Source: an uncultured bacterium
Lineage (GTDB): Bacteria > Abyssobacteria > SURF-5
DNA length: 31,552 nucleotides
Assembly: GCA_964510165.1 (NCBI GenBank)
Contig: CAZEBC010000016.1
Coordinates: 1 to 31,552, forward strand
Reading direction: 5' to 3'
Shown here: piece after piece, positions 25,368-31,552 of the stretch
Layout of the letters: the number at the start of each line of letters is the position of its first letter
Numbering within the stretch: position 1 is the stretch's first letter
Translations under genes and position numbers: made by a program
Notes under the pieces: generated by a model
The model's input: only the letters and a program-made list of their open reading frames with translations
Database searches by the model: none
What the model was told of the DNA's origin: nothing

Positions 25368-26705
25368 ATGAAAGACGAACAAGGCGCCGTGACCGATTTC
25401 AAGTGGGTCGAGGATGTCGTTCTCGCTCCCATGCTTCGTCCCACGAAGCTCTATATCGCGTTTGTGGCGGTGAACGCGCTTTTCTTTCTGATCGGCGCCG
25501 CGTGTTACATCCAGCAATTGCGCATAGCGATAGGAGTGGCCGGCATCACGCACCCGGTGGGCTGGGGCGTCTACATCACGAACTTTGTGTTCTGGGTCGG
25601 GCTCGCGCATTCGGGCACGCTGATTTCGGCGATCCTGTACCTGTTCCGCGCGAAATGGCGCACGAGCATCAACCGGATCGCCGAGGCGATGACGGTGATC
25701 GCAATAATGATGGCCGGGCTTTTCCCCCTTGTGCACCTGGGGCGGGTATGGCTGGCCTATTATCTGCTCCCATATCCGAACTACCGCGAGTTGTGGCCCA
25801 ACTTTCGCAGTCCTCTCCTGTGGGACGTATTCGCCATAACGACGTATATGCTGGTCAGCATCATGTTCTTCTACGTGGGGCTGCTGCCGGACCTCGCGAC
25901 GGTGCGCGACCGCTCGAAGGGGTTGAGGAAGCTGGTCTACGGCATTTTATCGCTAGGCTGGCGCGGCGGCCACAGACAGTGGCGGCATCTCGAGGCGGCG
26001 TATCTCCTGCTCGCCGCTCTGGCGACTCCGCTCGTCATATCCGTCCACAGCGTTGTCAGTTGGGATTTCGCGGTTTCGGTCATCCCCGGATGGCACAGCA
26101 CTATCTTTGCGCCGTACTTCGTGGCGGGGGCTATCTTCTCCGGGTGCGCGATGATCGTGGTCGTCCTGCTTCCACTGCGCAGTTTCTTCCATCTTCAGAA
26201 CCTGATCGCGCCCCGCCATTTCGCGATGCTCGCCAAGATGATCCTGTTCATGAGCCTCATCATCACGTATTCCTATTTCGCGGAGTTTTTCATCGCCTGG
26301 TACACGGGCAACGTGTTCGAGAAGAGCAGTTTCTACCATCGGGCCTTCGGAATGCCGTACGCTCCTTTCTTCTGGGTGATGGTCTTCTGCAATTCGCTCC
26401 TCCCGCTCACGCTGTTCAGCGCGCGGCTGCGCGGCAAGCTCGGCTATGTGTATTTCGTATCCATCGCCGTGCTGATAGGAATGTATGTGGAGCGGTTTGT
26501 GATAATCGTTACCAGTCTGGCGCATGACTTCGACCCATACGCCTGGGGCATATACAAGCCCACCATGATCGAGATCGGCATCACGCTCGGCAGTTTCGGC
26601 CTCTTCTTCCTGATGTACGCCGGATTCGCGAAGCTGTTGCCGGTAGTGGCGATGGGCGAGGTCAAGGCAGATATCCTGCACGGAGAAAAAGTGGGTGAAG
26701 GATAA
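25368..26705 (+). CDS. actC: Alternative Complex III NrfD-family quinol-binding subunit
   Basis: WGVYITNFVFWVGLAHSGTLISAIL, HLGR, NFRSPLLWD, SVHSVVSWDF, PGWHSTIFAPYF. Confidence 0.93.
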   Translation: MKDEQGAVTDFKWVEDVVLAPMLRPTKLYIAFVAVNALFFLIGAACYIQQLRIAIGVAGITHPVGWGVYITNFVFWVGLAHSGTLISAILYLFRAKWRTSINRIAEAMTVIAIMMAGLFPLVHLGRVWLAYYLLPYPNYRELWPNFRSPLLWDVFAITTYMLVSIMFFYVGLLPDLATVRDRSKGLRKLVYGILSLGWRGGHRQWRHLEAAYLLLAALATPLVISVHSVVSWDFAVSVIPGWHSTIFAPYFVAGAIFSGCAMIVVVLLPLRSFFHLQNLIAPRHFAMLAKMILFMSLIITYSYFAEFFIAWYTGNVFEKSSFYHRAFGMPYAPFFWVMVFCNSLLPLTLFSARLRGKLGYVYFVSIAVLIGMYVERFVIIVTSLAHDFDPYAWGIYKPTMIEIGITLGSFGLFFLMYAGFAKLLPVVAMGEVKADILHGEKVGEG

Positions 26706-27231
26706 CACGCAGACATTGTTGGCCGTCTTCTCCGGCCCGCAGCCGCTTTATGAGGGAATCAAGGCCGCCAGGCGGCACGGCATTCACGCGAACAACCTTG
26801 AGGCGCTCAGCCCGGCGCCGCTTCCCGGACTTGACAAATTGATCGTCGAGCGGCCGAGCGCGGTCAGGTGGGCTACCCTGATCGGGTGCATCGCGGGCGG
26901 CCTGTTTGGCCTCTGGCTTCAATTCGCGACCTCGCTCGACTGGCCGTTGCGGGTCGGCGGCAAGCCAGTCGTCTCGCTGCCCGCGTTTGTGGTGATAGCG
27001 TTCGAGTTGACGATCCTGTTCGGCGCATTCGGGACGCTCGCAGGGCTGTTCACGGCGGCAAAACTGCCGCCCATATCGAAGAGCGTCTTTCATGAAGGAT
27101 GCTCGCAGAGTGATTTCGCGCTGCTGGTGAGGCATAAACCCTCGGACTATGCCACGCTCGAGGGACTGCTCAGGGAAGCGGGCGCGCGCGATGTCAGCAT
27201 CGCACGCCCGCGTTCAACCGTATTGGAATAG
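26695..27231 (+). CDS. actD: Alternative Complex III subunit D (DUF3341)
   Basis: WPLRVGGKP, AFVVIAFELTILF, two TM; position after actC. Confidence 0.9.
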   Translation: MKDNTQTLLAVFSGPQPLYEGIKAARRHGIHANNLEALSPAPLPGLDKLIVERPSAVRWATLIGCIAGGLFGLWLQFATSLDWPLRVGGKPVVSLPAFVVIAFELTILFGAFGTLAGLFTAAKLPPISKSVFHEGCSQSDFALLVRHKPSDYATLEGLLREAGARDVSIARPRSTVLE

Positions 27232-27253
27232 GGGCGCGCAACGTGCTGCGCCC
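27229..27253 (+). repeat. degenerate GTAG-type REP-like palindrome at the actD-actF junction
   Basis: TAGGGGCGCGCAACGTGCTGCGCCC, beginning at the actD stop codon. Confidence 0.5.
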
Positions 27254-27265
27254 GCTAGGGTGGTC

Positions 27266-28258
27266 ATGAACGACATCGGTCATCAGTTCTGGCAGGCGTA
27301 CCTGGTGAATTTCCTGTTCTGGTCGGCGCTGGCGCAGGGAAGCATCGCCTTCGCCGCCACGCTGAATATCACCCATGCGCAATGGGGCCGCCGCTACACC
27401 CGACTGGCCGGATGCTGTCTCGGTTTCCTGCCGGTATGTGTCGTGCTGTTCGCGATCCTCTTGCTCGGTCGTCACTCCATATTCCCCTGGATAACCCAGC
27501 CGATTCCGGAGAAAGCGCCCTACTTGAACGTGCCGTTCCTGGCGGCGCGCGAACTGGTTGGCCTGGCCGCGCTGGCGTTCATAAGCTGGAAGTTCCTGTC
27601 AGCCATGCGGACCGCGCGCGAGGGCGCCTCTCCGTGGGCCGTGATTCTGATTATGGCTTTCATGGTGGTGTACAGTTACATGGCATTCGACCTCGTGATG
27701 TCGTTGCAGCCGACATGGTACAGCACGCTTCTCGGGGCTCATTATGCCATAAGCTCGTACTACCTCGGCATGGCGGCCCTGTGTCTGGTGGGATGGTTTC
27801 GCGCCGGCGTGCCCAGGGACGACCGCCGAAAGATCAGCACCCTGATGTTCGGGTTTGCGCTGTTCTGGGTGTCCCTCTTGTGGAGCCAGTACATTGTGAT
27901 ATGGTACGGAGACATGCCGGCGGAGACCCTGTTTGTGTATCTTCGCTTTTATCGGATGCCGTGGAGCGCGGTGACATTGGCAGTGCTTGCGCTCGGATTC
28001 GTGTTTCCCTTTGCCGTGCTGATGCCGGCCCGCTCCAAGGTGATGGGCATCGTGACGCTTTTGGCCTCGGCCTCAATCGTCATCGGGCTGTTCCTCGAAA
28101 GGTACATGCTGCTCGTGCCGTCACTGAGTCCGGACAAGCTCGGTATCGGGTGGGTATACCTGCCGGTCACGGCCGCATTCGCCGCCCTGTTCGGCGTCTG
28201 CTTCACGGTCACCGCGCGGCGAATGAAACCGTTTGAACAGTCATCGGATGTCATCTGA
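27266..28258 (+). CDS. actF: Alternative Complex III subunit F (NrfD-like), apparently short at the N-terminus
   Basis: [54 protein letters not shown] 27266 preferred; the upstream in-frame extension is not hydrophobic. Confidence 0.82.
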   Translation: MNDIGHQFWQAYLVNFLFWSALAQGSIAFAATLNITHAQWGRRYTRLAGCCLGFLPVCVVLFAILLLGRHSIFPWITQPIPEKAPYLNVPFLAARELVGLAALAFISWKFLSAMRTAREGASPWAVILIMAFMVVYSYMAFDLVMSLQPTWYSTLLGAHYAISSYYLGMAALCLVGWFRAGVPRDDRRKISTLMFGFALFWVSLLWSQYIVIWYGDMPAETLFVYLRFYRMPWSAVTLAVLALGFVFPFAVLMPARSKVMGIVTLLASASIVIGLFLERYMLLVPSLSPDKLGIGWVYLPVTAAFAALFGVCFTVTARRMKPFEQSSDVI

Positions 28259-28272
28259 AAGGAAACCATATT

Positions 28273-28434
28273 ATGCAGAAATACACGTGCACAGTGTGCG
28301 GTTATATTTATGACCCGGCCGAAGGCGATCCCGACAACGGCGTCGCCCCTGGAACCCCGTTTGAACAAATCCCCCAGAATTGGGTCTGTCCGCTGTGCGG
28401 GGTCGGGAAGGATTTCTTCGAGCCAACCGATTAG
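28273..28434 (+). CDS. rubredoxin (53 aa; absent from the ORF track)
   Basis: Hand translation [61 protein letters not shown]. Confidence 0.96.
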   Translation: MQKYTCTVCGYIYDPAEGDPDNGVAPGTPFEQIPQNWVCPLCGVGKDFFEPTD

Positions 28435-28454
28435 CAACCATGCGTTGCGTGAAT

Positions 28455-28595
28455 GTGGGGTGCAGCATGCTGCGCCCGTGCGTGATCGCTTTCCATCTAG
28501 CGCTCACGCGCCTCTGACGTTACGCTTGAAGTGTCGGCAAATGGTCGTCGAAGATGTTCCTTGGCGGCTTTCGTAGGGGCGCATGGCATGCGCCC
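28455..28595 (+). repeat. two GTRG-type REP-like palindromes
   Basis: GTGGGGTGCAGCATGCTGCGCCC (28455-28477) and GTAGGGGCGCATGGCATGCGCCC (28573-28595). Confidence 0.7.
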
Positions 28596-28633
28596 TTCGA
28601 AATGAGGCTGCTGGAATCAAGCAAGGAAAACTC

Positions 28634-30079
28634 ATGAAAACCAGGAACTCCAATCGGCGGATGCCAGCCACGCGAATCGAGAGAGACTCGCTCGGCAAGA
28701 AGGAGATACCCGCAGACGCCTATTACGGAGTGCAAACGGCGCGCGCGCTCGAAAACTTCCGCGCCAGCGGCCTCAGGCTGCCCGGCTCGATGCTGCAGGC
28801 ATACGCGATGATCAAGAAGGCTTCCGCCCTCGCAAATGAGGAGTTGGGCACGCTCGACAGCCGCCGGGCCAATGCAATCATATGGGCGTGTGACGAAGTC
28901 CTCAGCGAAAAGCATGACAACCAGTTCAAGCTCGATGCCTATCAGGCGGGCGCCGGCACCTCGTTCAACATGAACGTCAACGAGGTGATCGCCAACCTCG
29001 CCCTTGAACGACTGGGCCGGAAACGCGGCGACTACGAATATCTAAGCCCGAATGACCATGTCAATATGGCACAGTCCACAAACGACACGTTTCCGACCGC
29101 GATGCACGTGGCCGCGCTGTTGGAGTTGCCCGCTCTCGACGCCGCGCTCACCAAGCTCGCCTCCGCCCTCCGCGAAAAGGGAAAGCAGTTCCGAAAAGTC
29201 ATCAAGTCGGGACGCACCCATCTGCAAGACGCCGTCCCGATAACGCTCGGCCAGGAGTTCGACGCCATGGCCGAAGCGATCGAGGTGGCCCGCAAGGAAC
29301 TCGTGCGCCGGTCGGCGCTCCTGAACGATATCGCGCTCGGCGGCACGGCCGTCGGCACCGGCATGAATGCGCATCCGCGCTTTGCGCAGACGGTCGCCAG
29401 GCGTCTGAGCGAAGTTTCCGGCTTGAAGCTCAGGCCCGCCCGAAACCTCATTTATGCCGTGCAATGCCGGTATGCCGCCGCCTCCGTCTCGGGCGCGCTC
29501 CGCGACCTCTCCCTGGAGCTTATCCGCATCGCGAACGATTTGCGGCTCCTGAGTTCAGGGCCGACTACCGGCATCGCCGAGATAACACTGCCCCCAGTCC
29601 AGCCCGGCTCGTCCATCATGCCGGGCAAGGTCAACCCGGTGATGGCCGAATGTCTGGACATGATCTGCTTCCAGGTTATCGGGAACGACCTCGCCGTCGC
29701 ACTGGCGGTTCAGGCCGGCCAATTCGATTTGAACGTGATGATGCCGCTCATGGCGCTGAATATGATACAATCAATCCGGCTGCTCTCGAACTATCTGCCG
29801 GACTTCGCGGCGAAATGCGTCGAGGGCATCGTCGCCAATGAGGACCACTGCAAGCATTATTTCGAGCGCAGCGTCGGGCTCGCCACCGCGCTCAGCCCGT
29901 TCGTCGGATATCTCAACGCCGCTGAAATCGCCCACGAAGCCGCAAAGACGGGCGAGTCAGTCAAGGCGCTCGCCATACGAAAAGGAATAGTCACCGAAGG
30001 GGAGTTTGACAGAATCACCAACCCTCTGACAGTCACGATACCGGAAAATGAGAAACGAAAAGGAGTGAAAAGAAAATGA
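28634..30079 (+). CDS. aspA: aspartate ammonia-lyase / class II fumarase family
   Basis: RIERDSLG, YYGVQTARA, QAGAGTSFNMN, QSTND, GRTHLQDA, signature GSSIMPGKVNP. AspA versus FumC is not certain. Confidence 0.8.
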   Translation: MKTRNSNRRMPATRIERDSLGKKEIPADAYYGVQTARALENFRASGLRLPGSMLQAYAMIKKASALANEELGTLDSRRANAIIWACDEVLSEKHDNQFKLDAYQAGAGTSFNMNVNEVIANLALERLGRKRGDYEYLSPNDHVNMAQSTNDTFPTAMHVAALLELPALDAALTKLASALREKGKQFRKVIKSGRTHLQDAVPITLGQEFDAMAEAIEVARKELVRRSALLNDIALGGTAVGTGMNAHPRFAQTVARRLSEVSGLKLRPARNLIYAVQCRYAAASVSGALRDLSLELIRIANDLRLLSSGPTTGIAEITLPPVQPGSSIMPGKVNPVMAECLDMICFQVIGNDLAVALAVQAGQFDLNVMMPLMALNMIQSIRLLSNYLPDFAAKCVEGIVANEDHCKHYFERSVGLATALSPFVGYLNAAEIAHEAAKTGESVKALAIRKGIVTEGEFDRITNPLTVTIPENEKRKGVKRK

Positions 30080-30618
30080 CTGAAATGCCGGAAAAGATAC
30101 AGGATATAGTTAAGTTCGCGCTTCAGCTCGAACAGGACGGCCTCAAGATGTACCGCGAGTTCGCGGGCCAGTCAAAGGACCCGTTCGGCAAGAAAACCTT
30201 CGAGGGCCTCGCCGAGGACGAGCAGGAACATCTGGAACTCCTGCAGAGGGTCTATGACAAATGCGGCGTCAAGGAAGTCGAGGAAATAGTGGAACGCAGC
30301 AAGTACGAGCCTATACGGCAGCGCTTCAAGACCATCTTCCAGGAGGCCGGCGAGGAAGCCCGTCAGAGGACCTCGGCGGACCCAACCGACACAAACGCGA
30401 TGAAAGTGGCGCTCGACTTCGAGAAACGCGGCTACAACCTGTACAGCGAGGCTGAAAAGAAGGCCAAAGGCGACATGGAACGAACGGCCTTCAAACACCT
30501 CGCCCTTATGGAAAAGTACCATTTCGACCTGCTCCAGGAAACGCTCGAATACCTCGATGACACCGGCAATTGGCACATGAAAAACGAGCATTGGATGTTC
30601 GAGGGCGGCCAGATTTAG
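30076..30618 (+). CDS. ferritin-like (rubrerythrin-family) diiron protein without rubredoxin domain
   Basis: ALQLEQDG..Y, EDEQEH, ALDFEKRG..Y, MEKYH; ATGA overlap with the upstream stop. Confidence 0.85.
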   Translation: MTEMPEKIQDIVKFALQLEQDGLKMYREFAGQSKDPFGKKTFEGLAEDEQEHLELLQRVYDKCGVKEVEEIVERSKYEPIRQRFKTIFQEAGEEARQRTSADPTDTNAMKVALDFEKRGYNLYSEAEKKAKGDMERTAFKHLALMEKYHFDLLQETLEYLDDTGNWHMKNEHWMFEGGQI

Positions 30619-30658
30619 GTGGTTAATCGAGACTGTCCCGTAATTCGCCATTTGATCC

Positions 30659-30685
30659 TAGGGGCCACGCCTCGGCGTGGTGGCC
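30659..30685. repeat. degenerate REP-like hairpin between convergent genes
   Basis: TAGGGGCCACGCCTCGGCGTGGTGGCC (CCACGCC/GGCGTGG stem). Confidence 0.4.
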
Positions 30686-30702
30686 AGCCGGGGCAGATCG
30701 GG

Positions 30703-31552
30703 CTATTTCCTCCAATAACTGCGGATGGTATCACGTAGCGGACTCGGCTTGACACCGAAAATCTCGGTGATCGCGTTCGATCCCGTCGTGTTGTCTATCG
30801 AGAGCATCTTGAGCTGGTCCGTCGTCACCGGCGGCCTCGGCAGGATCGTTTCCATAAGCCTGGCGACAGGATTCATGAGCCCAACCGGGATGTGAAGCTT
30901 TATCCGCGGCGAAAGAGAGAGCGCGTCGGCCATCTTGTCGAGCATCTCGTCATACGTCATCTGCTCCGGACCCGCAATTTCCCACACGCCGTTAAGCGGC
31001 CCCTCGTCCTCGACGGCCTTCACGATGCACGAGGCGACGTCCTCAACCCATACCGGCTGGAACCTCGTCCTTCCCGTTCCTATCACCGGCACGATGGGCG
31101 AATAGAGCATCGGCTTGAGCATATTGAAAAACTTGTCCTCCGGCCCGAACACAAGCGAAGGCCTGAGAATCACGTACTCAAGCCCGCTTCCCTTTATGAG
31201 TTGTTCGCCCTCCCACTTGGTCCTGAAATACTCGCTCGCGGGCCTGTCCGACGTCCCAAGCGCGCTTATGTGGACGAACCTCTTCACGCCCGCCCGTTTC
31301 GCTTCTTCCAAGAGGTTACGGACACCCTGCACATGCATCCGCTCGAAGGTGGCGTTGCCTACCTCCACTATGATTCCCACAAAATTGACGGCGACGTCGC
31401 AACCGTCCATCTTTCCGCTCAAAGAAGCCGGGTCGGTGATGCTCCCTGCCGCATATCTGACCCTTTCAGACGGCAGGTCGGGCGCGAGGCCCGGCCCCTT
31501 GAACGTCAAGAGCCTGAGCGCATGCCCCCGCTCAGCCAACTTCCTCACGGAA
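30703..31552 (-). CDS. NDUFA9-like atypical SDR / NAD-dependent epimerase (5' end outside the window)
   Basis: FVHISALG, YFRTK (YxxxK), LRPSLVFG, FQPVWVEDVA, IAGPE. The Rossmann glycine motif would lie beyond the window edge. Confidence 0.85.
   Translation of the reverse strand, partial: SVRKLAERGHALRLLTFKGPGLAPDLPSERVRYAAGSITDPASLSGKMDGCDVAVNFVGIIVEVGNATFERMHVQGVRNLLEEAKRAGVKRFVHISALGTSDRPASEYFRTKWEGEQLIKGSGLEYVILRPSLVFGPEDKFFNMLKPMLYSPIVPVIGTGRTRFQPVWVEDVASCIVKAVEDEGPLNGVWEIAGPEQMTYDEMLDKMADALSLSPRIKLHIPVGLMNPVARLMETILPRPPVTTDQLKMLSIDNTTGSNAITEIFGVKPSPLRDTIRSYWRK

Noticed and set aside
25403-26527. 374-aa alternative-frame ORF
   Set aside because: Lies inside actC with off-frame Arg/Gly/Pro-rich composition.
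1-31552. CRISPR array, tRNA/rRNA, integrase/transposase, selenocysteine read-through
   Set aside because: No regularly spaced repeats, RNA-gene signatures, recombinase motifs or interrupted in-frame TGA genes were seen by eye; a covariance-model scan was not possible.

Overview
GC-rich bacterial window, probably from an anaerobe or microaerophile, with about 28 supportable CDS and no rRNA, tRNA, CRISPR or transposase seen. The left half holds an Fe-S/aldehyde:ferredoxin oxidoreductase/MoaD operon, PilZ, rubrerythrin, a short sulfite/nitrite-reductase-like Fe-S protein, a 51-aa Cys4 microprotein, DacB, the MrfAB helicase-exonuclease pair, GT9, cysteine synthase, a YkgJ-like protein, LsrF plus Zn-dehydrogenase, an M20 hydrolase and a PAS sigma54 activator. 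The standout is 18766-28434. Two CydA-like membrane proteins with no Q-loop carry fused c-type hemes (one, and a triplicated cytochrome c tail) and run directly into an Alternative Complex III (actABCD-F). That complex lacks actE and has an apparently N-truncated actF; a rubredoxin missed by the ORF track follows. The inferred system is a quinol -> ACIII -> tethered cytochrome c -> bd-like oxidase module. Intergenic regions carry about five families of short palindromic repeats, several sigma70 promoters (one apparently leaderless) and two CRP/HcpR-type boxes. All calls come from motif recognition by eye; no searches were run.
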